Both the position numbers and the translations under genes were made by a program. A stretch of 63,011 bases of DNA, counting the filler. It is 7 parts of 7 records of this genome, joined end to end, with 100 filler letters (N's around TTAATTAATTAA, not from the genome) between each part and the next. Parts side by side here need not be neighbours in the genome. Positions count along the whole stretch, not along the records: positions 8,482 to 29,418 come from DRR723986_7050; 6 more parts are not named here. One strand, 5' to 3'. Positions 9,975 to 19,993 of the stretch are shown piece by piece (the first letter of the stretch is position 1; every line of letters starts with the position of its first letter). Below the pieces are notes generated by a model, which was not told the DNA's origin, made no database searches, and saw only the letters and a list, made by a program, of their open reading frames with translations.

Positions 9975-11855
9975 TCAGGTCTCTTTTGGGGGGTCTGCGT
10001 CGGCTAGCGCAAGGAGAGCAGTTTCCAGTTCTTTCTCAAGCTCCTGCGCGCGAGCAATGTATTCCGGATTCTCCGATGCAGGCACGCCGGGCTTCCATAA
10101 CCGTGCCAAGTCGCGAATTGTTTTCCGATCATGGGCATAGAATGTTTTTTCCGCGCCGGCCGCTTCGTATTCGCTGAGACCGATATTTTCGAGCACATAG
10201 CGTCCCGCCCGCAATGAACTGTCAAACGTCTCACGCACGATGTCATTGGCTCCCGCCTGATAGAGATCGTAAACATGGCTGCGGTGGCAGGCACGTGCGA
10301 TAATGTGCAAATCAGGGCGGACACGTCGCGCATAGCTCACTAGCTTTGTGATTTTTTCAGGATCATTCATGGCGGCTACCAATACATTGGCTTTGTCGAT
10401 GCCAGCCGCCTTGAGCAGTTCGGGTCGCGTGGGATCGCCTAGAAACCCTTTGACCCCAAAGCGGCGCATCAATTGGATGGTTTCCATGTCGTTGTCTAGC
10501 ACAATGGTTTTAAAGCCATAGGCCCGCACCAACCGGTTGACGATTTGCCCGAAGCGACCGATCCCAGCAATGATGACGGGGCCTTGTTCATCAATCTTAT
10601 CTGCAACGTGATCCGGGGTCGTGTCACGGATGTTGCGGGATAGAATATCGTAGATGATGAACAGCAAGGGGGTGATCAGCATAGTCAAGGCAATGATCAG
10701 CAACAGTTTTTCTGCCAAATCCTGTGGGATGACATTCTGCTGCGTTGAAAACGCCAGCAGGATAAAACCAAATTCACCCGCCTGTGCCAGTCCCAGCGTA
10801 AACAGCCAGCGATCCTGTCCTTTCAATTGAAAGGCGCGCCCAACAACATAAAGAATGGCCCCCTTGGCAACGATGACAAGCAACGCCAGACCGATAAGAT
10901 CCAGAGGTTCTTCGAAAAATGCGGTAAAGTTGATACCGGCGCCGACCGTGATGAAGAACAACCCCAACAGCAGACCTTTGAAGGGCTCCAAGTCGCTTTC
11001 CAGCTCGTGCCGAAACTCTGAACTTGCCAGAACAACGCCGGCTAGGAAGGCGCCAAGAGCTGGGGACAGTCCCACCAGTGTCATGAGGAAAGAGATGCCA
11101 ACAACAATGACCAGCGCAAGTGCGGTGTACATCTCGCGCAGGTGCGTAGCGTGCACAAAGCGGAACAGGGGGCGTGTCAGGTAGACCCCGGCCAGAATAA
11201 CAAAAGCGATGGCGGCAAGCGTGACAAGCGTAACGGCCCACCCCGGCAACCCCTCCACAAGGGATAGGGAATGTTCAGCGGCGGATGGGCTGTGCTCTAA
11301 CCCGCGATCAATTGAGCCATCAGCGTTAAAATGACGGCCTTCCTGCATGGCCAACAACGGGAGGAAGGCCAAGATGGGGATCACTGCGATGTCCTGCGTG
11401 AGCAAGACAGAAAACGTGGAGCGCCCACCGTTGGTTTTCATCAGCCCCTTTTCGGACAAGGTTTGCAGTACAATCGCAGTCGAGGACAACGATAGAGTCA
11501 AGCCAACTGCGAGCGACACGTTCCACGGGTGACCAGCCGCCAAAGCGGCGGTCATCAAGGCGAGGGTGGACACGAGAACCTGCAACCCGCCCAGCCCGAT
11601 CAAGCGATCGCGCATGTTCCAAAGCACCCGAGGTTCCAATTCAAGACCGATCAGGAACAGCATCATGACCACCCCAAATTCGGCCACATGCTGCAATTCT
11701 TCGGTCTCTGCCCCAACAAGGCCTAAAATTGGGCCGACAACGATGCCAGCCGCCAGATAACCCAGAACCGACCCCAGCCCCAATCGCGCCGAGATCGGAA
11801 CCGCGATCACTGCCGCGGCCAGGTAAATCATTGCTTGGTATAGAAAGTTTTCCAA
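9975..11855 (-). CDS. kefC: CPA2/KefC-type K+/H+ antiporter with TrkA-N domain
   Basis: 'GLGSVLGYL', 'FRHELESDLEPFKGLLLGLFF', 'AGIGRFGQIV', 'GDPTRPELL'. Confidence 0.9.
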   Translation of the reverse strand: MENFLYQAMIYLAAAVIAVPISARLGLGSVLGYLAAGIVVGPILGLVGAETEELQHVAEFGVVMMLFLIGLELEPRVLWNMRDRLIGLGGLQVLVSTLALMTAALAAGHPWNVSLAVGLTLSLSSTAIVLQTLSEKGLMKTNGGRSTFSVLLTQDIAVIPILAFLPLLAMQEGRHFNADGSIDRGLEHSPSAAEHSLSLVEGLPGWAVTLVTLAAIAFVILAGVYLTRPLFRFVHATHLREMYTALALVIVVGISFLMTLVGLSPALGAFLAGVVLASSEFRHELESDLEPFKGLLLGLFFITVGAGINFTAFFEEPLDLIGLALLVIVAKGAILYVVGRAFQLKGQDRWLFTLGLAQAGEFGFILLAFSTQQNVIPQDLAEKLLLIIALTMLITPLLFIIYDILSRNIRDTTPDHVADKIDEQGPVIIAGIGRFGQIVNRLVRAYGFKTIVLDNDMETIQLMRRFGVKGFLGDPTRPELLKAAGIDKANVLVAAMNDPEKITKLVSYARRVRPDLHIIARACHRSHVYDLYQAGANDIVRETFDSSLRAGRYVLENIGLSEYEAAGAEKTFYAHDRKTIRDLARLWKPGVPASENPEYIARAQELEKELETALLALADADPPKET

Positions 11856-11889
11856 TTTTGGTCCTTTCAAAAGGCAAACGGAGCCGGGA

Positions 11890-12345
11890 TCAGGTCGGGA
11901 GGGGCGCGTCCCGTTTCAACTGATCCATAACAATCTGGCTTTGCACACGTGCGACAGCAGGGTGGGGCAAAATGACTTGGTGAAGCAAGGCATTGAGCGC
12001 TGGAAGATCGGCGCAGAAGACATGTAACAGATAATCGGCTTCACCGGTCATCGTCCAGGCGCTGGTAATTTCTGGACGTGTGTTGACCATACGCGAAAAG
12101 CTAGCGGATTGCTCGGGGCCATGTACCGCAAGGTGAACTTGTACGAAGCCCTGGACATGCAATCCCAATCTCAAGGGGTCCAATCTCGCGGAATATCCGG
12201 TGATATAACCTTCGGATTCGAGCCGCTGACGCCGTCGGCCTGCCTGGCTGGGCGAAAGGTTTAACATCCCGCCCAGTTGATGGGCTGTCAGGTGGGCATC
12301 ATTTTGCAGTGCGGTCAGAAGACGGGTATCGATTGTGTCCAGCAT
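11890..12345 (-). CDS. Lrp/AsnC family regulator
   Basis: 'LDTIDTRLLTALQNDA', HTH, 'TGEADYLL'. Confidence 0.92.
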   Translation of the reverse strand: MLDTIDTRLLTALQNDAHLTAHQLGGMLNLSPSQAGRRRQRLESEGYITGYSARLDPLRLGLHVQGFVQVHLAVHGPEQSASFSRMVNTRPEITSAWTMTGEADYLLHVFCADLPALNALLHQVILPHPAVARVQSQIVMDQLKRDAPLPT

Positions 12346-12556
12346 CTGCGGGCTTTCCTCTGTTTGGTTCAATATAGTGCGCAGTTCCCGCAGATAAAGC
12401 GAGATCCTGAAGGAAAAACATGCGGGATCTGTGCCTTAATTTCCAAAATGCTGAGTGACAACATAGCTGTCATAGGATGCATTCTCCAAGGGTGAGTGGA
12501 GTGTGCGCTGCATCGTGAGGGCGTGCCAAACTGAATATCACTAAATGCCAGAGGGG

Positions 12557-14986
12557 TTACCCCTTTGGGATTTTGAGTGTCATGTTCCGACCTGATTTCT
12601 GATACCGTAGCTCACTGTCTCCGATGGCAACAACGCGCCCCCCGTCAACGCGGTCCCCCACCTTGACCTTTTTGTAACGCCCACTGGGCAACCGGATAAG
12701 AGCGCGGCGATTGGCGGGGGTGCCATATACCCCGATCAGATTGACGCGACGCAAGTTGATTGCATTTTCCATTGTTGCCTGTCGCGCGACCGAGGCCGTA
12801 GAGGGTTTCTTGGGGGTAACCGAGCGGGCGACAAACGTACCTGGCTCTGGCGCATTGGGGGCATCGCTGAGTCCGGCCACGGACCCTAAGTTCGTGTTGC
12901 GTTTTACGCGCGCGGCCAACCCCTTGGGGCGTCGTTTGGGAAGTGGCGAGCGTGCCACAGCAAGTGCAGTTGCCGTCGCATCTGGGAGCGCTTCAGGATC
13001 TGATTTCTCAGCCTCAGCCTCAGCCTCAGCTTTTGCATAGGCTGTCGCCAGTGCTTCGGGTCTTAGTTTCGGTCGCACCTTGGCCAGTTCCGCGCGCGAC
13101 AAACCACCGAGTTGTGTGCGTTCGTTGTTTTCTACCAACTTTTCTGGACGTAGTTTTGGGCGCAGCGTTGCAAGATAGTCTTGCTGGGTGTCAGCTTGTT
13201 CGGGCTCAGCTTCGAACCGAACAGGTGGGGTCGGTGGAACCACCGGAGGGCGCCCGAGATGGACGAGAATTCCATCGGGGGACAAGGTTCCTTGGGGGCT
13301 AGGCTTGACCAGTCCACGCGCATCAAGCTCAAACCGAGACCCAGCCGCAACCGGAGAGGCAGAGCGAGCAATTGATTTGTCCGTATCAAAAGACCCCAAA
13401 GCAGGCAGTGCGATCGCATCCTGAGATAAGTCAGTCCGATCAATCGATGCAACATAGAGGTCGTCCAGACCGACTATGCCCGGTGAGGGGGGGCTTTGGG
13501 GGGCTTGGGGCCAGATCCCTGTTGCCGCATACAAGGCTTCTCCGACCAGCGGCTCTGCGGGGGCGGGAGCAAGTTCAACCTGCTGAGGCTTGACCCGGAG
13601 CGCATCCAGGACAGCAGAGTCGGTATCCGTCAAGCTAGGTGTTTCGGATTGGAATGGACCGTCCACTTCGCGTGGAACGGAAGCAACCAGATCGGGCAAT
13701 TCGGGCTCGGGGTCGGGGGCCGCGTCAGGTTGTGACGCAATGGGACCCGGTGCGTCAGGGGCTGTTGGTTCTTGCGGCTCAGCTGCTGTGGGGGACGAAT
13801 CTGGTGCACGAGACAAGCCCGGAAACCCAGTCTCAGAAAAGAAGGCGGCCCAACCTGCAACGGCGGCAATAAACAAGACTAAGAGAGCGGCTAGGATAAC
13901 CCCTAGAAACTTTGGTTTGCCTCCAACCTTTTGCGGTTTGCGGGCCCCGAAAACGGTTAGGCGTTCAGATTCATCGCGCGACGCAGCAGCGTTGGGTTTC
14001 TTCTGACTGGCAAAATCAAGTGCGGCGTCTGAATCCGCAATCGGTTGCGCAACGGATGGGGGCGTTTCGGATGGGGCCGGTTTGACTTTGGGTGATGCTG
14101 CGGCAACAGGGGTGCGTTTGCTGGCAAATCCAGTCTCTGACTGATCATCTGCCGCCGTGTGTGTCTTCTTGGGTGAGGGGGCGTCGTGATCTTGCACGGC
14201 CTGCTTTGACTTTTGCACAGGCGGGACATCGGGTGTGGCTTGTGGGGCAGCAGGTTCCGCAGGCGGGGCACTTCTGCGGGTGCTGAACCCGACTTTGATT
14301 TCGTGTTCAGGCGTCGTGGCTTTGGAGGCGGGAGTAGGCTTGCTTGCCTGCTTCTTTGTTTCCGCCTTTTTAGGGAGGGCGTCAGAGGGCTCTGCCTCCG
14401 CCGGACGCGTTGAAACTACAGGTGGTGTTGGTGTTGGAAATTCAACCGGCCCCAAATCCATGACCGCCACACCATCTGGTTCAACAGCATTGCTACCGGT
14501 TAAGCCGAGGGTGATCCGTGATGGGCCAAAAAATGGCTCGCCGGGAAAGGTGTTACTGCGCGGTGCAGCCACATAGCTGACAGGTTCAAACCCGTTCTGT
14601 ATGGCGAACTCTTCGGCTTCGGACAGCGTATCGAGAGCTACAGCAGCGATATGCGCGACGGGGCCATCCATTGCGACATCATATTTCAGTTCGTCCAGAC
14701 CGTAGGGCGTCGCGCTGGAAATTGCATTTTCTAGGATGTTCTGCTCGGCTTCACCGCGGAACTCTCCGACATCAACGGATAGATATCGAATCTGATCGTC
14801 CGGGATGATTACTTTGCATTGGAGCACAGTGTCTAACGTCAGGGCGCGCGCGCGCAGATTGGACAGTTCGGCCTGCAAATCGGCTGAATCAACGGGCACT
14901 TCACCGACACTGCGCCAGCCACCCGCTGTGCGGTGCAACAACGAGATCCCTTCAAACGACAAAGAGAGCGCAAATGCAGGTTTCAT
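12557..14986 (-). CDS. Bitopic membrane protein with folded N-terminal domain, Pro/Ala-rich linkers and C-terminal PilP/GspC-like domain
   Basis: 809-aa ORF. Single TM 'FLGVILAALLVLFIAAVAGWAAFF'. C-terminus 'LIGVYG...RALIRLPSG...VKVGDRVDGGRVVAIG'. Confidence 0.7.
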   Translation of the reverse strand: MKPAFALSLSFEGISLLHRTAGGWRSVGEVPVDSADLQAELSNLRARALTLDTVLQCKVIIPDDQIRYLSVDVGEFRGEAEQNILENAISSATPYGLDELKYDVAMDGPVAHIAAVALDTLSEAEEFAIQNGFEPVSYVAAPRSNTFPGEPFFGPSRITLGLTGSNAVEPDGVAVMDLGPVEFPTPTPPVVSTRPAEAEPSDALPKKAETKKQASKPTPASKATTPEHEIKVGFSTRRSAPPAEPAAPQATPDVPPVQKSKQAVQDHDAPSPKKTHTAADDQSETGFASKRTPVAAASPKVKPAPSETPPSVAQPIADSDAALDFASQKKPNAAASRDESERLTVFGARKPQKVGGKPKFLGVILAALLVLFIAAVAGWAAFFSETGFPGLSRAPDSSPTAAEPQEPTAPDAPGPIASQPDAAPDPEPELPDLVASVPREVDGPFQSETPSLTDTDSAVLDALRVKPQQVELAPAPAEPLVGEALYAATGIWPQAPQSPPSPGIVGLDDLYVASIDRTDLSQDAIALPALGSFDTDKSIARSASPVAAGSRFELDARGLVKPSPQGTLSPDGILVHLGRPPVVPPTPPVRFEAEPEQADTQQDYLATLRPKLRPEKLVENNERTQLGGLSRAELAKVRPKLRPEALATAYAKAEAEAEAEKSDPEALPDATATALAVARSPLPKRRPKGLAARVKRNTNLGSVAGLSDAPNAPEPGTFVARSVTPKKPSTASVARQATMENAINLRRVNLIGVYGTPANRRALIRLPSGRYKKVKVGDRVDGGRVVAIGDSELRYQKSGRNMTLKIPKG

Positions 14987-15152
14987 GTCTTGGCAATACC
15001 GTTCAATTCAAAAGCATTAAGGCACACAGAGCGCCCACAATAAGACACTAAAGCAGGATTTTGCCGAGGGAAAGAAAAACACCAAACTTCCCCCTTGTTG
15101 AGCAAAGGTCCGCGCCCCCACTTTGTAGGTATAACAACGCGGAGTAAGACCA

Positions 15153-15845
15153 TTGAAGACACTTGTGTTTCTTGTGGCCACATTGATGGTTACGGCAGCG
15201 GGACTGGCCCAGGCTGAAGGATTGCGGCAAATTACGGTATCTGGTTCGGGGACGGTCGAAACACCGCCGAATATGGCGCTCATTACGTTGGGTGTGACAA
15301 CCGAAGACAAAGAGGCGGTTCCAGCGCTGCGCGAAACATCAGGGGCGGTGACCCGAATTCTGAACCGGCTGACTGAATTGGGGATTGATGCGCGCGACGT
15401 GCAAACCCGCGATCTGTCGCTGTCTCCGGTCTGGTCCAACAAATACGGTTCGTCCAAAGAAGAGGCGAAAATCACCGGGTTTGTGTCGACGAACCGGGTG
15501 ATTGTAAAAGTTCGGGATCTGTCCAAACTGGGTTTGATTCTGGATCAGGTGATCACGGATGGTGCAAATGATTTCAATGGCTTGCAGTTCAGTGTTGAGG
15601 ATCCAAAACCGCTTGAAGATCTGGCGCGCGCAAAGGCGGTCGCCAATGCAACTGACAAAGCGCAACAGCTGGCAGCGGCCGCTGGCGTTAAGCTGGGTGA
15701 TGTGATTTCTATCGTTGAAAACGGGGGCGGTGGTCGCCCGATGATGCGTATGGCTGCGATGTCCGAAGGGGGCAGCGTTCCAATCGCCGGTGGCGAAGTG
15801 TCCGTCGAAACCTCGGTCTCGATGGTGTTTGCAATTCAGGACTAA
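15153..15845 (+). CDS. SIMPL (DUF541) periplasmic protein
   Basis: Signal peptide, 'ITVSGSGTV...P', 'AVANA..KAQQLA.AAGVKLG.VISI.E'. Confidence 0.9.
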   Translation: MKTLVFLVATLMVTAAGLAQAEGLRQITVSGSGTVETPPNMALITLGVTTEDKEAVPALRETSGAVTRILNRLTELGIDARDVQTRDLSLSPVWSNKYGSSKEEAKITGFVSTNRVIVKVRDLSKLGLILDQVITDGANDFNGLQFSVEDPKPLEDLARAKAVANATDKAQQLAAAAGVKLGDVISIVENGGGGRPMMRMAAMSEGGSVPIAGGEVSVETSVSMVFAIQD

Positions 15846-15867
15846 GATTATCTGATGGGTCAAAAGC

Positions 15868-15894
15868 AAAAAAGGGGCCCTCGGGCCCCTTTTT
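15868..15894. terminator. Bidirectional intrinsic terminator
   Basis: AAAAAAGGGGCCC-TC-GGGCCCCTTTTT between convergent genes. Confidence 0.88.
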
Positions 15895-15912
15895 CTGTGT
15901 CTTGGCGGTGGC

Positions 15913-17211
15913 TTAAGCGCAGGCGGTGGTTAGCGCTTGATCCAGATCTGCGATCAGGTCGTTTGCATCTTCGATGCCGATTGAAACCCGCACAACGTTG
16001 GGCCCAGCACCTGCGGCTTCCTGCTGTTCAGCGCTTAGCTGACGGTGGGTGGTTGATGCAGAATGGATGATCAATGATCGTGCATCGCCCAGATTGGCCA
16101 CATGGCTGAAAATTTCCAGAGAGTTCACCAGTTTCACGCAAGCGTCATAGCCGCCTTTGACCGCAAACGTGAACAACCCACCGGCACCCTTGGGATATAC
16201 CCGCTTGGCGCGGTCCGCATAAGGGGAAGAGGGCAAGCCAGCGTAAGTCACATAGTCGACGCGATCATCGTTTTCGAGCCAGGTCGCGATCTTTTCGGCG
16301 TTTTGAACATGGCGTTCCATCCGCAAAGACAGTGTTTCGATCCCCATTAGCGTATAGTGGGCCGCTTGCGGGTTCATCGTCATGCCTAGATCGCGCAAAC
16401 CAATAGCAATCCCGTGGAAGGTAAAGGCCAAGCCGCCAAAGGTCTCATGAAACTTGAGGCCGTGATAGGCCTCTTCGGGGGCGCTGAGCGAGGGGAATTT
16501 GTCATTGGCAGACCAGTCAAACTTGCCTGAATCCACAATACAACCGCCAGTGACCGTGCCATTGCCGGTCAGGTATTTGGTTGTGGAATGCACCACCAAT
16601 GTCGCGCCCAAATCAATCGGGCGACACAGGTATGGCGTGGCCGACGTGTTGTCGATGATCAGCGGAATGCCTGCCGCATCAGTGATATCTGCGATGGCGC
16701 GGATATCGGTTACATAGCCACCAGGATTGGCGATGGATTCGCCAAAGACGGCGCGGGTGTCGTCGTCAATTGCATCGCGTACCGCATCCAGATCGTCAAA
16801 ATCTACGAACTTGGCGTTCCAACCGAAGCGTTTGATGGTTTGGCTCAGCTGAGTAACCGTCCCACCATACAATCGGGTCGAGGCCACAACGTTGCAGCCC
16901 GGGGCCATCAGTGGGAATAGTGCCATGATCTGCGCTGCGTGTCCGGATGAACAGCAAACTGCGCCTACACCACCTTCGAGCGTCGCAATACGTTCCTGCA
17001 AAACGGCGACAGTTGGATTGGTCAGGCGAGAGTAGATAAAGCCCACTTCTTGCAGGTTGAACAAAGCCGCCGCATGATCCGCATCACGAAACACATAGGC
17101 TGTGGTCTGGTAAATTGGGGTTTGCCGCGCGCCAGTTGCCGGATCGGGGCGGGCGCCTGCATGAATTTGCAGTGTATCAAAGCCGTGTGTTGGGCCTTCG
17201 GACATAGTCAT
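15913..17211 (-). CDS. metY: O-acetylhomoserine aminocarboxypropyltransferase
   Basis: 'PIYQTTAYVF', 'YSRLTNPT', PLP lysine 'HSTTKY', 'ANLGDARSL', 'HSASTTHRQL'. Confidence 0.92.
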   Translation of the reverse strand: MTMSEGPTHGFDTLQIHAGARPDPATGARQTPIYQTTAYVFRDADHAAALFNLQEVGFIYSRLTNPTVAVLQERIATLEGGVGAVCCSSGHAAQIMALFPLMAPGCNVVASTRLYGGTVTQLSQTIKRFGWNAKFVDFDDLDAVRDAIDDDTRAVFGESIANPGGYVTDIRAIADITDAAGIPLIIDNTSATPYLCRPIDLGATLVVHSTTKYLTGNGTVTGGCIVDSGKFDWSANDKFPSLSAPEEAYHGLKFHETFGGLAFTFHGIAIGLRDLGMTMNPQAAHYTLMGIETLSLRMERHVQNAEKIATWLENDDRVDYVTYAGLPSSPYADRAKRVYPKGAGGLFTFAVKGGYDACVKLVNSLEIFSHVANLGDARSLIIHSASTTHRQLSAEQQEAAGAGPNVVRVSIGIEDANDLIADLDQALTTACA

Positions 17212-17273
17212 AGTCTCCCTGGGTCAAATTCTTGGCAACAGAATTAGAGGACTGATCGCGCCAGCACAACAGC

Positions 17274-18125
17274 TCAGGTTGTCTTGTTAATCCGCTCTAT
17301 GATCTCGCTCAGGCGTGACCAGCTTTGCAAAGCCATCGGGACACTGACAGCCCCGTCCACAAAATCCCAGCTGTAAGTAACAATCGAGAAAACCGCACCT
17401 GCAGAGGCAGTCATGACCAAAGCGGTATAGCCAAGATTGAAAACAACAACGGAAAGGAGCAGCGCAAAAATGATACCATAAACGGCGGCTTCGGTGTCGG
17501 AAAGTTGAACATCGAAACGACGCAGAGATCTGAGATGCCTGAGAAATACAGGGGGATCGCGCTGCTCCAGCAGGGAAACCTCTTTTTCTGACTGGGCGTT
17601 CAGGGCGCGGTTTAGACGAAAGAAACGACGATGGAACAGGCCGTAAATTCCTAGCATGAGACCTCCGGCGCTCAGCGCTGACGCGGCAAGAGCCCAGTTG
17701 AAATAGGCCAGCACACCGACAGCCACAATCAACTGCAAAACGGAGGTCATGATCGCAGGCAGTTCGCCTTCGAGAAAGTCGACCAGTTCACGCGCCATAT
17801 GAACCCGGGCGCTAAGTGAGGATATTTTGAGTGTGGAGTTTCGGTTCGCCATTTCTGCCGCCAGCGCAACACGGATGGTTCCATACGCGCGCGTGTCGTA
17901 AATGCGTCGGCCTGTTGCAACGATCAACAACGCGGCCAATACCGAGCACAATAGGTACAGTGGGTTGAAATTTCGCGTCATGAGGCCATCAATGGCAAGG
18001 CCGATGAACAGTGGAATGAGGGCCATCAATCCAGTTTCAAGGATTGTTAATAGCCACGTCAGGCCGATTTTCCATCGAAACACCTTCAGCAGTGTGACGA
18101 GGGATAGATGCTTTTCATCAAACAT
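17274..18125 (-). CDS. Stand-alone ABC six-transmembrane domain protein
   Basis: 'PLFIGLAIDGL', 'RRIYDTRAY', 'ELVDFLE', about 6 TMs, no NBD. Confidence 0.75.
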   Translation of the reverse strand: MFDEKHLSLVTLLKVFRWKIGLTWLLTILETGLMALIPLFIGLAIDGLMTRNFNPLYLLCSVLAALLIVATGRRIYDTRAYGTIRVALAAEMANRNSTLKISSLSARVHMARELVDFLEGELPAIMTSVLQLIVAVGVLAYFNWALAASALSAGGLMLGIYGLFHRRFFRLNRALNAQSEKEVSLLEQRDPPVFLRHLRSLRRFDVQLSDTEAAVYGIIFALLLSVVVFNLGYTALVMTASAGAVFSIVTYSWDFVDGAVSVPMALQSWSRLSEIIERINKTT

Positions 18126-18181
18126 GACAGTTTATCCTTTTGACGGCCTGCCATAGAGGAGGGGGCCGTTAGATACAACTG

Positions 18182-19186
18182 TCAACGCATCCATAGACCT
18201 TCGGATTTGATCCGATTTCGAATGGCCTGTTCCTTGCGCGGAAGGTTGGCCCGGTCAAACAGATCCCGTGCTTTTGCGCCACGACCCTGAAACACGGTTC
18301 GCTTGATCGGGTCGTATTGTTTGAGAACCTTTTTGACTTTGTTGGGGGCCGAGACGGTTTCCAAAACTTCAACCACATGATCGCTTTCGCGGGCATAGAG
18401 CAGCGGGAAAAGACGATAGTGACAACTGACGTCCCCATCCAGATATCCGGGCGGTAAGGCATCGCGCCCCCCGCCAAAGGAATGAATGACTAAAGGCAAG
18501 GCCACTTGATCCAACCACGGGTCCAGGCTCTGGCAGACCAGCTCAACCGGGAGATCTTGTTTAATGGACTTTGCATAAGTCAGGAACCGTTGGCCAAAGG
18601 CCCGCGGGCAGGCACCATAAAAGAAACCGGCATTGAAGTATAAGTAGCGCTCCCAAAATTCGTCGGGCTGGCTCAGATCCAGCGATGTCCGAAAGTTGAG
18701 CCCAAAGCGGTCATAAAGCGCCTTCCAGATCTCTGTGTACCCGGGCCCGTAAAGGGTTGGCTGGGGCCACGTCCCTTCGCGCTTTAAGGACGCACTGGGG
18801 CGGCTGAAATCAAATGGGACACTCATGATGTCGCCAGTGATTAGGGTGTCGGTGTCGAAAAAGACAAAAGGCTCCCCTTTGGGCAGGAACTGAAGGGCTT
18901 CAATTTTGTTGCCATGCGGATAAGACTGTCCGAACACTCGATTTTCAAACGGCAAAACTTCGGCGCCCAGATCGCTCAGGGCTTGCAAGACGTCCTGATT
19001 GCGAATGCTCGGGTCGTTGTCCCACTTGGGGCCGGGTTGCGGCGAAGCCACAAAAAGGCGCCCGTTGAAATCAGGCGAGCAATGGCGCAGCGACGCTGCA
19101 AAGAGCACCGCTTCGAACTGAAGCCGGTTGTTTTGTCCAACGACCACGATATTGAAAGGTTGGCGAGACGCCTGCATTTTTGCCAT
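18182..19186 (-). CDS. Conserved protein, GT8-like glycosyltransferase fold
   Basis: 'NKIEAL', 'FVFFDTDTLI' (DxD), 'YFNAGFF', 'LDQVAL', 'CHYR'. Confidence 0.6.
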   Translation of the reverse strand: MAKMQASRQPFNIVVVGQNNRLQFEAVLFAASLRHCSPDFNGRLFVASPQPGPKWDNDPSIRNQDVLQALSDLGAEVLPFENRVFGQSYPHGNKIEALQFLPKGEPFVFFDTDTLITGDIMSVPFDFSRPSASLKREGTWPQPTLYGPGYTEIWKALYDRFGLNFRTSLDLSQPDEFWERYLYFNAGFFYGACPRAFGQRFLTYAKSIKQDLPVELVCQSLDPWLDQVALPLVIHSFGGGRDALPPGYLDGDVSCHYRLFPLLYARESDHVVEVLETVSAPNKVKKVLKQYDPIKRTVFQGRGAKARDLFDRANLPRKEQAIRNRIKSEGLWMR

Positions 19187-19320
19187 ACTCTCTACTAACC
19201 GCTTGTTTTTTGAATGCGGGAACTGCCTTGGATGGCACTATAGAGCGCAGTGGCTGATCTCAAAAGCCCGGATTTGCGCCAAGACTGAATTGTAAGACTG
19301 ACCCCGCCGGGAGGATTATT

Positions 19321-19911
19321 ATGCTTGAAACCATTTTTTTCATGATCGCGATGGCGGTGCAGGGGGCGTCGTCCTCGACAGATGCACCACAACTGAGCGC
19401 AAGCACTGTTGCTGCCCCCCCGACGCAAGGCATGGCAGAGGCAACCACAGTGGGTGACAGCGTCGCGCCAGTGTTTCTGGCCCCGGCGCCGGAACCAGAG
19501 ACGGCTGTCCCTGTTTTTCTGGCCCCCACGCGACAGGCAGAACTGCAAAACCCAACGGGAAAGTTCACCACGGCCACCGAGGTGAAACCGATTTTGGGAG
19601 TAACCAAGAGCAACTGGATTGCTGTGCGTGAATTCAACGGCCAGGATCTGATCTATGTGACACATCTTTGGTCCTGGCGGTGCGGTCTGGTTGAGATGCG
19701 TGTGGGAATCAATGGAGCTACCCCCGAAATTTGGCCGTTGCCAACCTGTCATGATGATCAACCAGCACCGAATATGATCCTTGATAGCGATGGTTTGCCG
19801 TATCGATCATTTTCTTTGAATTCTATTAACACAATTGCGGTGGAACTGGTTTATGATGACCTGAGTGAAGAAACAGCCCACTTTGATCGCAAAGGGATTC
19901 AGATCCCTTAG
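19321..19911 (+). CDS. Exported hypothetical protein
   Basis: GGAGG RBS, hydrophobic N-terminus, Pro/Ala linker, C-terminal domain with a Cys pair ('SWRCGL...LPTCH'). Confidence 0.7.
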   Translation: MLETIFFMIAMAVQGASSSTDAPQLSASTVAAPPTQGMAEATTVGDSVAPVFLAPAPEPETAVPVFLAPTRQAELQNPTGKFTTATEVKPILGVTKSNWIAVREFNGQDLIYVTHLWSWRCGLVEMRVGINGATPEIWPLPTCHDDQPAPNMILDSDGLPYRSFSLNSINTIAVELVYDDLSEETAHFDRKGIQIP

Positions 19912-19993
19912 TGCAATTCAATAGGATTACGGCATAGCGTTTACCGAATTTTTTAACGCTTAGATCTCGGATAAATTAATTGGGGGACTAAGA

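Noticed and set aside
13008..13031. (TCAGCC)n hexamer run
   Set aside because: Encodes AEAEAEAE within a linker, in frame, and is not CRISPR-like
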